Shown here: positions 30,197 to 47,627 of the stretch, piece after piece
Layout of the letters: each line of letters starts with the position of its first letter
How positions within the stretch are numbered: the first letter of the stretch is position 1
Assembly (NCBI GenBank): GCA_964016885.1
Contig: OZ024746.1
Coordinates: forward strand, 65,038,001 to 65,102,000
Source of the DNA: Eledone cirrhosa
Taxonomy: Eukaryota
Length of the DNA stretch: 64,000 nt
Reading direction: 5' to 3'
Notes under the pieces: generated by a model
Seen by the model: the letters and a program-made list of their open reading frames with translations, nothing else
Databases searched by the model: none
Told to the model about the DNA's origin: nothing
Program-made: the position numbers and the translations under genes

Positions 30197-30338
30197 TGTA
30201 TGTATGTATGTATGTATGTATAGAAATTTCGTATTTCGAAAGAAACACGGTATGTTTAGAGGTAAACATACGGTGTTTATTTCGAAATACGAAATTTCTA
30301 TACATATCTGTATACAACTATACCTGAAGCTAAATCCT

Positions 30339-34353
<4,015 letters not shown>

Positions 34354-34399
34354 TTTTAAGTTGTTTTTATTTATTTCCCCTTCCCCCACACACTCACAC

Positions 34400-34756
34400 C
34401 TTTCGTTGTCAACACGTTCCGTTTTTGACTTTATGTTATGATTGTGATTTTTACTTTCTTATATATATGTGTGTAAATGAAGTAATTCCGTCGGAAAAGT
34501 CCAGGAAAAGAGAGTGCTCTATGTAGGTAAAAGAGCTTAATAGTTGTGTAATAAAAAACACAAGGCAATTATTCCATTTACCAGTGGTTTCTTAAAAGCA
34601 AAAAATGTTGCTTTCAATCCTCAGGATGTAAAAATCCTGGTCTGTTATTGAATTGGGATTTTAAAAACAAAAATGCAATCTATATGAAAGTGAGGCTGGA
34701 GAAAGAAGAAGGAAAGGAAAAATAAAATAAAACCACACATGCAAACACACACACAA

Positions 34757-34787
<31 letters not shown>

Positions 34788-35002
34788 CATACATACACAT
34801 ACACATATATATATATATATACATACACTCATACATACACACATACACATATATATGTGTATATAAATACACACATACACATACATATACACATACATAC
34901 ATACGCACATAAATATCAACACATCCATACATACACATACATATATACAACCACACATATATACACACATATATATATATAGAAATATAAATATATATAT
35001 AA

Positions 35003-35076
<74 letters not shown>

Positions 35077-35670
35077 GCATACACATACACATACATAGCC
35101 ATACATACATACATATACATACATGCACACAATCATACCTATATACACACGTACATACATACACATACATAAATGCGTACATATGCATGTACAAAAATAG
35201 AAAAATATACACACCTCTACATATTCACACATGCAAATAAATATAAGAAAAAATATATATAAAAAATAAAATAATAAACAGTTGACAGCGATACAAGCGA
35301 CGAGTAGATGAACAGACACGCGTGGTAAGTAATACACACAAATGCACGTACACATACGTACGAAAAAGTAAATACATACACACACTCTCACACGTAAATA
35401 TACATATACAAATACATAAACACATACATACACATACACAAATACATACACAAACACAAACACACACATACATATACATATATACACACACATATACACA
35501 CACACCTATATATATATATATATATACATACATATATATATATATATATATAAATACACACACACATACACACACATATATATATACACACACACATACA
35601 TACAAACATAGCTATACAATTATACACATACAAATACGTACATATCACAAACACGCACAACCAAATACAA

Positions 35671-35701
<31 letters not shown>

Positions 35702-36707
35702 CATATACATATATACCTTTCATTTATATATATATATATATACATATATACATATATGTGTGTGTATAAAACTCAATCTTAGATAATTCATATGAACCTT
35801 ATATATACATATATATAGTAGTAATGTAATAAATAACATAAGGCAATTATTCCATTCACCAGTGGTTTCTTAAAAGCAAAAAAATGTTGCCTTCAATCCT
35901 CAGAATGAAAATAACTTGGTCTATCTACATATACATATATATACACCCATATATATATATATATATACACATACACATACATACACATACATTTTGGTAT
36001 GTGAAGGGTAAGGCAAAAATAATATATGGGGGGGGGGAGACATAGGAAAAGGTGAAATATAAGGGGAGATAAGGGAGAAAAAGAATACAAAAGTACAGAA
36101 CGTGGATTCAGCAAATAAAAAAACCGTAGCAGAAGTAAAGAGCAGAGAGGGAGTTCAAGGCGGTTGATTTATCATAGGAGTGTCAATCCAGTTACAGATC
36201 AGATGTGATTTCAGATGAGGACAACATCTGAAGATCTCAGTCTTTGAGTTTAGGAAAGCAGAAGTGGCTCTCAAGTTTAGCAAAATCCTATATTTTTCTG
36301 TGGTACACAAAGAACAATTCTTTTTGCCCCTTTGGTACTCCCTCGAATGGTCTAAGATAGACCAATCGATAGAGTACGGGATGTTACTATCCTTGAATTC
36401 CCACACCTTACTTGCGAGGGCCGTTGATGTTGTTTATTACATTACTACTATATATATGTATATATAAGGTTCATATGAATTATCTAAGATTGAGTTTTAC
36501 ACACACACATATATGTATATATGTATATATATATAAATGAAAGGTATATATGTATATATATATATGTATGTGTGTGTGAGTGTATGTATTTGGTTGTGCG
36601 TGTTTGTGATATGTACGTATTTGTATGTGTATAATTGTATAGCTATGTATGTATGTGTGTGTGTATGTATATATATATATATATATGTGTGTGTGTATGT
36701 GTGTGTG

Positions 36708-36784
<77 letters not shown>

Positions 36785-37400
36785 ATATGTGTGTGTATAT
36801 ATGTATATGTTTGTGTGTGTGTGTTTGTGTATGTATTTGTGTATGTGTATGTATGTGTTTATGTATTTGTATATGTATATTTATCTGTGAGAGTGTGTGT
36901 ATGTATTTACTTTTTCGTACGTTATTTGTGTGTACATCGTTGAGTGCATATATATCTGTGTATATGTATGTGTATGTATTTATGTTCCTGTCCGTATTTC
37001 TATTTAGACGCAAATACGCTTATGTGAGAAAGTATACGTCTACGTACTATTAATTATATGCGCGTAGTTGAGTGTGCGTATGTTTATGTTCTGGATTTTT
37101 ATTTATATATATATATATATATTTATTTATTTCCCCCCCCCCCCTATTTCCTTTTCGCCCGTTTTTTTCAGCTTCACTTTCATATTTCCTAAATTTTGTT
37201 TTCAAATCCATATTTAATAAAAACACCATGTTATTTATTCATTCTGACGACTGAAGACAGACACAACATCTGCCTTCAAGAAACCACTGGTAAATGAAAT
37301 AATTATCTTATGTTGTTTACTCCATAACTAATAAGCTCTGTAGCCTACATAGAGCACTCTTTTTTCCTGTACCTTTCCGACGGAAGTACTTCATTTATAT
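34400..37400. mobile_element. Fold-back cluster of PLE (Naiad-like) 3' ends with microsatellite-rich pLTRs
   Basis: 36155-36406(-) encodes a GIY-YIG C-terminus (WSILD..CSLCTTEK..LNSKTE..CPH). ~35350-35825 is inverted against ~36440-36920. HHR-like motifs at ~34573-34630(-), ~35851-35909(-, GUG site) and 37238(+). Confidence 0.75.
37238..37298 (+). ncRNA. Type I hammerhead
   Basis: ttcatt CTGACGA c-tgaagacaga..tctgccttca-a GAAA ccactgg TA aatgaa. Confidence 0.7.
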
Positions 37401-37489
37401 ATATATATATATATATATATTACGTTATTCCGGGTTGAATCGGAGGTAACCACAGTAAGTAAGGTACTCAATACATTGCAGAGTATAAA

Positions 37490-37839
37490 AGTTTTAATAT
37501 AGATGAGATTCTACAGGACTAGAACTGTTTCATTCTTTAGAAATCATCAGGAATCTGGGTATCAAAAAATAAGTGTGGTATTTATAGGTCTCTACAAGTG
37601 GTAGGAGAGGGTGGGGAGTGGAATGGGTGTAGGTCATTGGTTGATAGAAAAGGGAATTCATTAAAAGCTAATTCTACAAAGCTATAGTTTATTTTTATTT
37701 ATTTTTGTTTTTAGAGTAACAAAGGCAGACAGAATTCTATAAACAGGTTCAGGATGGCATGCCACTCCTTATTATTAAGTTTCTCTTAAGCTAACAGGTG
37801 TCTATAAGATCAGTGGGGGGTTCAGTCATGGTAGATAGA

Positions 37840-37888
<49 letters not shown>

Positions 37889-38082
37889 CTATGTGTGCGT
37901 ATATGTGTGTGTGTGTGTGTATGTGGTTGTGTGTGTGTGTATATATATATATATAATATATATGTATATGTGTATATGTATGTGTATGTATGTATTTATA
38001 TATGTATGTGTGTGTGAGTGTGTGTATGAGTGTATATATATATATATATATATATATGTGTATGTGTGTGTATATGTATGTG

Positions 38083-38175
<93 letters not shown>

Positions 38176-38894
38176 GTATATGTATGTATATTTATATATA
38201 TATATATATATATACATATATATGTGTGTATGTATGTATGTGTGTGTGTATGTATATGTATATATGTATATATATATATAAATATATTTATATATGTGTG
38301 TGAGTGTATATGTGTGTATATGTGTATGTGTATGTGTGTTTATGGGTGCGCGCGAGTGTGTGAGTGAGTGTGTTTTGTGAATGTGTCTGTTGATTTTTGG
38401 CATATAGTTGAATAGTTTAAGAGAAATTTGAAGATAATTGTAAGATATGCACTCAATATTTTGAATTTGTCTCCAGAATTCTCTAAACCTTTGTCACTTA
38501 GTAGAACCTTAATGAATTTAGCTTTTAAAGAATCTCCCTTTCCTTTAAATCTATCTACCATGACTGAGCCCCCACTGATCTTATAGACACCTGTTAGCTT
38601 AAGAGAAACTTAATAATAAGGAGTGGCATGCCATCCTGAACCTGTTTATAGAATTCTGTCTGCCTTTGTTACTCTAAAAACAAAAATAAATAAAAATAAA
38701 CTATAGCTTTGTAGAATTAGCTTTTAATGAATTCCCTTTTCTATCAACCAATGACCTACACCCATTCTACTCCCCACCCTCTCCTACCACTTGTAGAGAC
38801 CTATAAATACCATACTTATTTTTTGATACCCAGATTCCTGATGATTTCTAAAGAATGAAACAGTTCTAGTCCTGTAGAATCTCATCTATATTAA

Positions 38895-38898
<4 letters not shown>
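37490..38898. repeat. ~350-bp inverted repeat (37490-37840 and 38550-38898) around a microsatellite, one HHR per arm
   Basis: Near-identical arms. HHRs at 37506-37556(-) and 38832-38882(+). Confidence 0.9.
38832..38882 (+). ncRNA. Type I hammerhead
   Basis: agattc CTGATGA t-ttc-taaa-gaa-t GAAA cag-ttctagtc-ctg TA gaatct. Perfect 6-bp helix I, 4-bp helix III, GUA site. Confidence 0.82.
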
Positions 38899-38952
<54 letters not shown>

Positions 38953-39259
38953 TAGATTATGTCTATAGAATCATCAGATATTAAAATATATACTATTTCT
39001 TCTTCTAATTAGCATAATTAACCATATACAAAATCAAATCTAGCAAGCTTTAAGAATACATTTTCTTATGGGGAAATCTCTGACAAACAATTGATCGTAG
39101 CCTCTTCGCGGCAGCCCCGTTCCATTATTTATCCAACATTTCGGCAGCATGCAGAATCCGACCAAATATACCATGTGTGTGTGATTGTATATATGTATGT
39201 GTATAAAATAAAACCACACATGCAAATACACACACAAACATACACACACACAAAAGCAT

Positions 39260-39330
<71 letters not shown>

Positions 39331-39336
<6 letters not shown>

Positions 39337-39578
39337 AAGAGTGAAGAATAACATGGGGTCGGCAGTATAAAAAGGGTTTTATTTATAGTATTAACAATTG
39401 TTTCATTGATCAGGTGAGTCTGATTTGATGAGAGACGTACACTGTATTTAAGGTCGAGTGACGCAATTTCGAGTGATCAGCGGCCTTTAGACTCACCTGA
39501 TCAATGAAACAATTGTTAATACTATAAATAAAACCCTTTTTGTATAGCCGACCATGTCTTTCTTCACGCTTTCACTAT
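39331..39578. repeat. ~90-bp imperfect inverted repeat, probable PLE-type terminal fold-back
   Basis: 39331-39421 is inverted against 39489-39578. It carries GAAAcaattgTT, a 3' half-hammerhead only. Confidence 0.7.
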
Positions 39579-39893
39579 TATTACCCCAAGAATAACCTAC
39601 ATGAGAATTCTCGCAAACTAGCTACCTAACTAAGGAAACCTCTTGTCGAGTCAAACAACGCCGTTCGTTAAAACTATCCATAGTACTGAGTACTCACAAC
39701 CTCCAACTTGATTACCTAAAACGATAACTTGTATATATATATATATATATACAAGTTATCGTTTTAGGTAATCCAGTGCCTAAAACGATAACTTGTATAT
39801 ATATATATATAAAACTGAGGAGACTTTATTTTGCACATATATACAAGCCTTTTCTTTTCAATGTATATATTTCCTGTTTTCAACTATTTTCAG

Positions 39894-40031
39894 CATCTCA
39901 GTTCGTGGACACAGTATTTTCTGGGCACCAACACAAATGCAGCAAACTTGGCTTCGAAAATTGACTGCAGAACAACTGAAATATCAAATGAAAGAACGAA
40001 TGCAGAATATAATGGTTCGATATCACGATAG
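39894..40031 (+). CDS. GH10-WSC gene exon (ISVRGHSIFWAP...RYHD-R)
   Basis: tttcag acceptor and AG|gtgagt donor. RGHxxxW GH10 motif. Confidence 0.93.
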   Translation, partial: HLSSWTQYFLGTNTNAANLASKIDCRTTEISNERTNAEYNGSISR

Positions 40032-40547
40032 GTGAGTAACTCTTCAATTATTGTGTATTACTTCTTAGCAATTCTCGTTTTTGGCCAACTATTAAAGTAA
40101 CTAGCAGAAAAACCACCCTTCGGTGGTGTTCTGCTAGCATGTGTAGTGTACATATTGATATTATACGCAAATTTATATGCATATAGGTATGATACGTCAA
40201 ATAAAATCGTAATTGACTATATGCACAAAAAGTGAACGAGATCTGTTACACTCTCTTCTGTAATCAGTAAAGTAATCCATGATAGTCTAAAAAAGACAAT
40301 ATTATATATAAACTGCGTATATGATAAAGTAAAATGCTATGATAAAGGAGAAAATTAGCGACGGAAATTTAAACCTTATATAACGATGCGAATAAATGAA
40401 CGATGTGATGAGTGTTAGTTATGATATAAGGGACGCTAACCGGAAGTATTGACATTTGAAAGGTTTAAAGAAGTGAATGTTAAAATAAGCAATACATTAT
40501 ATATAAGAATATTTATGTTTAATGAAGAGCTACGAAATTTAGTAGAT

Positions 40548-41337
40548 AAATTACATAGAGGGTTGGACGTCATGCTTTCTAGCATAGTTACGTCCCTTTA
40601 CAGTCTGAGTTCAAATCCCGCCGAGGTTAACTTTGCCTTTCATCCTTACGGGGTCGATAAAATAAAGTACCAGTAATGCACTGGATAATTGCAGGCCTTG
40701 TGCCTAAAGTAGAAACAATTATTTATTCAAAGGTGGATTGGCAGTATCGGTAGAGGGTCAGACACCATGCTTTCCAGCATAGTTACGTCCCTTAACGATC
40801 TGAGTTCAAATCCCGCCGAGGTTAACTTTGCCTTTCATCCTTACGGGTTTGATAACATAAAGTACCAGTAATGTACTGGGTATTTGGTGGCCTTGTGTAA
40901 AAAAATAGAAACAATTATTTATTCAAAGTGGATAGGGCGATGGATTGGCAATATAAATTACATAGAGGGTTGGACGTCATGCTTTCTAGCATAGTTACGT
41001 CCCTTTACAGTCTGAGTTCAAATCCCGCCGAGGTTAACTTTGCCTTTCATCCTTACGGGGTCGATAAAATAAAGTACCAGTAATGCACTGGATAATTGCT
41101 GGCCTTGTGCCTAAAGTAGAAACAATTATTTATTCAAAGGTGGATTGGCAGTATCGGTAGAGAGTCGGACACCATGCTTTGAAGCATAGAGTTACGTCCC
41201 TTTATGATCTGAGTTCAAATCCCGCGGAGGTTAACTTTGCCTTTCATCCTTACCGAGTCGATAAAATAAAGTACCAGTAATGCACTGGGTAATTGCTGGC
41301 CTTGAGCCAAAAAGTAGAAACAATTATTTATTCAAAG
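40548..41337 (+). mobile_element. Four head-to-tail SINE copies (a duplicated SINE dimer, period ~407 bp)
   Basis: A-box-like tggcagtatcggt, B-box-like gagttcaaatccc and core gcctttcatccttacggggtcgataaaataaagtaccag in repeated units. Confidence 0.88.
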
Positions 41338-42069
41338 TAATCCAACTTATTTTACTAACGGGATAAAACAAAAATAAAACGGATGCTGTTCCGCACTCCT
41401 CCCTTTATTATATTATAGATTATGCCCATACGTATACGTATATAGAGGCCCTCCATCGTTTCCGACGACGATTTCTCCAATTGTTTCAATCAACGGAAAT
41501 GACTGCTCGTGGAATTAACGCTGAGAATTCCCATGCACTATTTTTAATGGGTTCTTACATAGATAAAAAGCCAGGAATTTTGGAGGATAAGAAAATCGAT
41601 TATATAGATCCTAGAATCTAACTGGTACGTTATTTTATTAACCTCAGATTGATGAAAGGTAAAGTTAATCTCGGTGGCGTTTGAGCACTGTAACAAAATA
41701 CTGCAAGGCATTTCATCCAGCGCACTGAAGCTTCTGCCACTCCAGTGCCCTACATTGAATACTTAGAAGGTAACTAATTGAATTTTTGTATATCCACACC
41801 AGCGAGATAATAAATAAGTAGCATCAACGAATTAGCAAAGTTATTAGAGGTTACGACAAAGAAGCCTGACTTCAAATTCTTCTGAGCTCAACATTGCCTT
41901 GGATAATCTATAACAAAAAAGTACCAGTTCCAGGGTAACTTTAACGGAGTTCACACTGTTGCAAATATTGGAGCTAGGTCTCCGTCTTCAAGATAAATTT
42001 CTTCATCTCCCACTATTCCCGGAGTCCCTAAATACACAGACACAGACACACACAGACACACATACAGAC

Positions 42070-42153
<84 letters not shown>

Positions 42154-42297
42154 TATATATATATAAAACTAACAACTAGTAGATGCCAACACAAGAGCGA
42201 GAATGAGGGGCTCATTCTACTGACACGGCTTATAAAAGAGGGTGTTTGCATCATAGCAAACAAATCGAATGTTATCATTGATATTCGAAAAACTCAG

Positions 42298-42418
<121 letters not shown>

Positions 42419-42840
42419 AAATATGATAATAAGGACGCTGCGGAGTTGCAAATGGGTTACATATGAAAAAAGTTTGTCCTTCATCAGTGGTCTTCCAACC
42501 ATCATAGGCATTTCATCGCTTTAAAGACCATATACCTCCGGTTGGTGCGAGCAACGGCTAAAAAAAGTCGTTGGGACACGTAAATAAAGGGGACGCGAGG
42601 GTAAACAAACAAAATGGTGAAGCAACAGAAAGTGAAGAAGAGAGAGACAAATACGTATATATATATGTATACATATATGTGTATATATATATATATACAT
42701 ATATATATGTATATATATATATATACATATATATATGTATGTATATATATATATATATATATAACAAAGGAATTGTGGTAAGGAACCAGATGGACCATAA
42801 CGCACCAGAGTACTCAATACTTAGTGTAGTAAAGTTGAAA

Positions 42841-42952
42841 ATAGGAAAAAGTATGACCCCGACGGCAGAGCTCAAGCCGTTTCGACGGCTATTTCCAGAA
42901 ATAGCCGTCGAAACGGCTTGAGCTCTGCCGTCGGGGTCATACTTTTTCCTAT
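42841..42952. repeat. Perfect palindrome, 55-bp arms with a 2-nt spacer, ending in (TA)n
   Basis: gctatttc-ca-gaaatagc centre. Confidence 0.92.
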
Positions 42953-42955
42953 ATA

Positions 42956-42986
<31 letters not shown>

Positions 42987-43112
42987 TAGGGTAAATATTG
43001 ATGCAATTCAATTCAAGCACTCAACGTATTTTTTCCACATAGGAGTGACGGAGTAAATATCGAATAAGGAAAAGCGAAGTAGTTTCAGATGTTCAAGTCC
43101 TTTAATAATAAT

Positions 43113-43186
43113 GCTGTGTTATATATTTCAATGGCGACACTGGCCACACTGTTCTGTGTGCGAGTGTCGTGACATCATCAGACAGC
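43113..43186 (-). ncRNA. Probable type I hammerhead
   Basis: Minus strand: gctgt CTGATGA tgtca-cgacact..agtgtcg-ccatt GAAA tata TA acacagc. Helix I is imperfect. Confidence 0.5.
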
Positions 43187-43824
43187 TTGTTACATAATAA
43201 GGTTATGTTTCCGAGGCAATCCAAATTGAATCGTCATGGGAACGGATGAAATGCGTGCTTTTGGGTTTATCACCCGTTCCCCTGTGAGTACCAATTCACC
43301 CCCACCGGTCTGCGCGTGCGCATGTCCGAAGGAAGTTGACCATTAGCTACCGCAGATTTTAACAAAATTCGCTTAGTCATTTCACCCTCTCAGTGACACA
43401 ATGGCCCGTACCATAGTTTACTGCTACCCATCACGACTGTGGTAGTCAGTCGAAAGCCAGAGGGGGTGGGAGAGTGTTAGTTTTTATAGGTCATAATACT
43501 ACCTCTCACCTAGCGTGGACAGTACGACTGACCATCAACTCAAAGGGAAAATAAACTTGTTTCGCATTTATTGATGCTTATCAAGGCTAACTACTCACTC
43601 CTGTCTACTGAGATCACTGATGTTATATTCTTATAGAATTCTAGTAAATAATCAGGAACTGATTATACAGAGCGTTTGCCGGTCAGGCAGAAATTAAAAA
43701 TTAGAATTGGAGCTTTGAAATAGCAATATATATATGAATGTATATATAATGTATTTTGCAATACACTTTATGCTTAATATAAGAATATAACATCAGTGAT
43801 CTCAGTAGACAGGAGGGAGTAGTT

Positions 43825-43869
43825 AGCCTTGATAAGCATCAATAAATGCTAAAGAAGGCCTTGTCGGCT
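43825..43869 (+). ncRNA. Hammerhead variant with U3-A8 core (this copy has G12 to U); partial mirror at 43556-43588(-) keeps GAAA
   Basis: agcc TTGATAA gcat-caataa-atgc TAAA gaaggccttg TC ggct, with distal helix atctcagtagacag/ttgtttgctgagat. Confidence 0.62.
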
Positions 43870-44071
43870 TATCTCCCCTTGTTTGCTGAGATTAAAGTAA
43901 GTGAGTTTGTCACTACTCTAAAACAATAGCATACGGTCTTCAAAATGCTTTTAATTAAGCATAAAGTGTATTGCAAAATACATTATATATACATTCATAT
44001 ATATATTGCTATTTCAGAGCTCCAATTCTAATTTTTAATTTCTGCCTGACCAGCATATTTCTGCCTGACCA

Positions 44072-44448
44072 AGAATATTTTCGAATATTCTATGTCTATC
44101 TTCACATATATATCGCTATTTCAGAGCATTTAATCCAATTTCTAATTTCTGCCGGACCGGCAACCGCTCTTTCAAACCAGTTCCTGTACACAGCTAAGTA
44201 TTCTATAAGTCTCTAGCTGTGTCATTCTCGATAAAAGCACTGGATATGTAATCCTGAAGATTTCTAATAAGAATGAAACGCGTAGGTTACTTCCCTTGCT
44301 TTTATCGAGAATCTAATTGTAATACGTGACGTATTCTATTCTATAGCGATTAGGTCTTCAAAATGTTTATTATAAACATACAGAATATTTTCGAATATTC
44401 TATGTCTATCTTCACATATATATCGCTATTTCAGAGCATTTAATCCAA
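44072..44448 (+). mobile_element. Diverged ~1.2-unit copy of the 310-bp HHR repeat, hammerhead at 44248-44290
   Basis: Colinear with the 59261-63388 unit. gtaatc CTGAAGA tttct-aata-agaat GAAA cgcg TA ggttac. Confidence 0.88.
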
Positions 44449-44600
44449 TATATATATATATATATAAATACACACACACATATACACACACATATATATA
44501 CATACACACACACATACATACATAGCTATACAATTATACACATACAAATACGTACATATCACAAAGACGCACAACCAAATACAAACACACACACACACGC

Positions 44601-44645
<45 letters not shown>

Positions 44646-44740
44646 TATATGTGTGTGTGTAACACTCAATCTTAGATAATTCATATGAACCTTATCTATA
44701 CATATATATAGTAATGTAATAAACAACATAAGGCAATTAT

Positions 44741-44799
44741 TCCATTTACCAGTGGTTTCTTAAAAGCAAAAAAATTTTGCCTTCAATCATCAGAATGAA
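44741..44799 (-). ncRNA. Type I hammerhead (same family as 35851 and 37238)
   Basis: Minus strand: ttcatt CTGATGA ttgaaggcaaaa..ttttgcttttaa GAAA ccactgg TA aatgga. Confidence 0.75.
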
Positions 44800-44801
44800 A
44801 A

Positions 44802-44920
<119 letters not shown>

Positions 44921-45086
44921 TATATATATACATATCATATATTTATATATATATATAAATATATATATATAAATATATACACATGTGTGTGTGTGTGTGT
45001 CTAAAAATCAATATTATCCATTTAAATTCGATTTGAAATTTCAAATTTCTTCCTTACACTTTTCTTTCTCTTTCTGTTCACTGTAG

Positions 45087-45258
45087 ACTGATTCATTGGG
45101 AAGTGAACAACGAAATGCTACACGGTCGTTTCTACCGTGAACAATTACAGAACAAATCCATTCCAATCTGGATGTTCAAACTAGCACGTTTGTACGATAA
45201 GAAAGCAAAGTTATTTCTAAATGACTACGACATCATAACACAAGGAGGAAGAATTCAG
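45087..45258 (+). CDS. GH10-WSC gene exon with the acid/base Glu (LIHWEVNNEMLH...KLFLNDYD)
   Basis: ctgtag acceptor and CAG|gtaata donor. WxVxNE and LFxNDY motifs. Confidence 0.95.
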
Positions 45259-45883
45259 GTAATACCAGAGATAACAACAATTCTTCTTCTTCTTCTTCTT
45301 CTTCTTCTTCTTCTTCTTCTTCTTCTTCTTCTTCTTCTTCTTCTTCTTCTTTCTTCTTCTTCTTCTTCTTCTTCTTCTTCTTCTTCTTCTTCTTCTTCTT
45401 CTTCTTCTTCTTCTTCTTCTTCTTCTTCTCCCTACTCTCAGCCCCACCCTCAACAGCCCTCCGCACCCCTTCTTTACTGATATTGAAAATTCGCTGTGTA
45501 AAGCAAAAAAAAAGAAGAAAAACAAGGGGGGGGGGGGTATATATTTTCTTTTATTTACTATTAATACGGAAAAAATGTTTCCATTTTGTAGCCGGAGGAA
45601 TTCGGTCCTACCTTAGGTCTTTCTATCACTCGTTCCACCGTCCACGTGGGTTACTTCCAAACTGCGTCTATCTTCAGACGATCCGTCTCCTGACGGTGCC
45701 AACAGCCAAGTTGGTCTCTCGTGTCACCCCTGTCCTCCTGCTTCCGGTCAAGCGTCCCCCAACCACCGGCAATCCCCCTCACACGGCAGCTCTACCTACC
45801 CCCTCTATCTCACGGCAGTCTCACACATTTATTTTTTAAAGCAATCAATATTCTCATGTGGTCCCATTTTGCTTTGTTTTCAG

Positions 45884-45994
45884 GAATATAAAGATCTCTT
45901 TGCAACTCTAAACAATCAGGAATGCGATGTCGGAGGATTGGGTGCCGAAGGTCATTTTCCCGAACATAATCCACCCGAGCCAGCTTTATTGAAG
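45884..45994 (+). CDS. GH10-WSC gene exon (EYKDLF...VGGLGAEGHF...ALLK)
   Basis: tttcag acceptor and AAG|gtgtgt donor. Equivalent of the GIGxQxH motif. Confidence 0.9.
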
Positions 45995-46561
45995 GTGTGT
46001 CGTCCATTAATTTATTTATATTTCTTAAACTATTTATAGCTAAACTCAGGAAGTAGACCTAATCCATGGCCTTAACAGAACCGCATTAAATTTTGATTCT
46101 TTAGCATGGTCCAATTAGAGACTTCGATATGATGAAAATTCAGCAACTCTTGAGACGAGGTTCCTCAAAGCCCCACTCCTATCCGAACATCCGAACAGTC
46201 CTGGAAACTGCAGAAGTCATAAACATTTCAATTTTCATTTGATTAAGCCACGAAAAGAGAAATAACAGAATTCTGGCCTCACATTTATATTCAGTAATGA
46301 TCATGTGGTCCTGCTTCCAAGATGAGTCCAGGCTATGTACATTTATACTGTCTATCTTGAGTAAGGCTATGTGTGACGAAGAGGACCCAAATTAATAAGG
46401 AATATTTACCTTGTTCGTGTGGAAGAAGGATTTTTTTATCCTCCTTTCTGGCCAATTTGGAGAATTCTATTTTTGAGAGGTTGATAATAATTTGTAATAT
46501 ATTCTATAATTTTCTCTCTTGTAAAATCAGTCTAATTTCAAACTAATTAAAATCGTTGTAG

Positions 46562-46777
46562 GCTCGTCTGGATCAATTATGGCAACTTAATGTTCCAATC
46601 TGGCTGACGGAAGTCGATGTTGTTGATAAAATACCCGCATCAAGAGCAGAGAAACTGGAATATGTTCTACGAACTGGCTTCAGTCATCCAGGAGTTCAAG
46701 GAATAATTTTATGGGGATTCTGGGCCGGAAATCATTGGGCGGGAGAAAAAGCATCGCTTTGGGATGAAAATTGGAGA
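46562..46777 (+). CDS. GH10-WSC gene exon with the nucleophile Glu (PIWLTEVDV...SHPGVQGIILWGFW)
   Basis: ttgtag acceptor and AGA|gtgagt donor. 72 open codons with TExD and WGF motifs. Confidence 0.95.
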
Positions 46778-46840
46778 GTGAGTAATTGTTTACTTAAGTA
46801 CTAAACACATGCACATGTATATATATATATATATATATAT

Positions 46841-47054
46841 ATATGAATAAAATTAGTCCTTCATCAGTGATCTTCCAACCTTCATTGGTATTTCATCGCT
46901 TTAAAAATCATATACCTCTGGTTGGTGCGAGCAATAACGTCCCAATAACTTTATTTGTTATTTCTCGTACCAACCAGAGGTATATGATTTTTAAAGCGAT
47001 GAAATACCAATGAAGGTTGGAAGATCACTAATAAAGGACTAATTTTATTCATAT
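46841..47054. repeat. ~90-bp inverted repeat of a dispersed family also present at ~42440-42555
   Basis: 46841-46931 is inverted against 46964-47054. Adjacent to (TA)n. Confidence 0.8.
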
Positions 47055-47274
47055 GTAACCCATCTGCAACCACGCAGCACTCCATTTTTCTTATATATAC
47101 ATATATATATATAAAGAATAAAAGATGAAATCGAAAATGCAATGCAACTGGAGTATTATTTAAAAATATATATATATATTTATTTGGTTCCTTTACCGGT
47201 TTCGCAGTTCTTCTGCTTTTCAAAAGTAGAGTTGAGATGGACGGTCTGTGGTTTTTCTCACATATAATAATAAT

Positions 47275-47317
<43 letters not shown>

Positions 47318-47472
47318 CACCGCAGGGCATTCAGTATGCAGACCTTTTATAAAATAATCTTGGTCTTGTTGTTGATGCCATGATCCACCCATGCCTTTGT
47401 ATGTATATATATTTCTGTGTATATACAAATACTTTTATATGTATATTTTTATATGTATATATATATATTTAA

Positions 47473-47506
<34 letters not shown>

Positions 47507-47591
47507 AAAAGGTAAACAGAAATAACAACACAATCGGTACAGTATATGGAAGGAATATATTAGGTTAACTCTTGAAATAACAGGAAGAGGG

Positions 47592-47627
47592 TCTTGACGT
47601 TTCGGACGGCAGTCCTTCATCAGAAGA
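47592..47627 (-). ncRNA. Minimal PLE-type hammerhead
   Basis: Minus strand: tctt CTGATGA a ggac tgcc gtcc GAAA cg TC aaga. Palindromic ACGT helix III and a GUC site. Confidence 0.75.

Noticed and set aside
34645-38403. Long YI/CV/HT-rich ORFs
   Set aside because: Stop-free translations of (TA)n and (TG)n microsatellites.
42430-42555. Possible hammerhead in the family also at 46841-47054 (CTGATGA and GAAA on the minus strand)
   Set aside because: I could not build consistent helices I-III in any permutation. Left unresolved.
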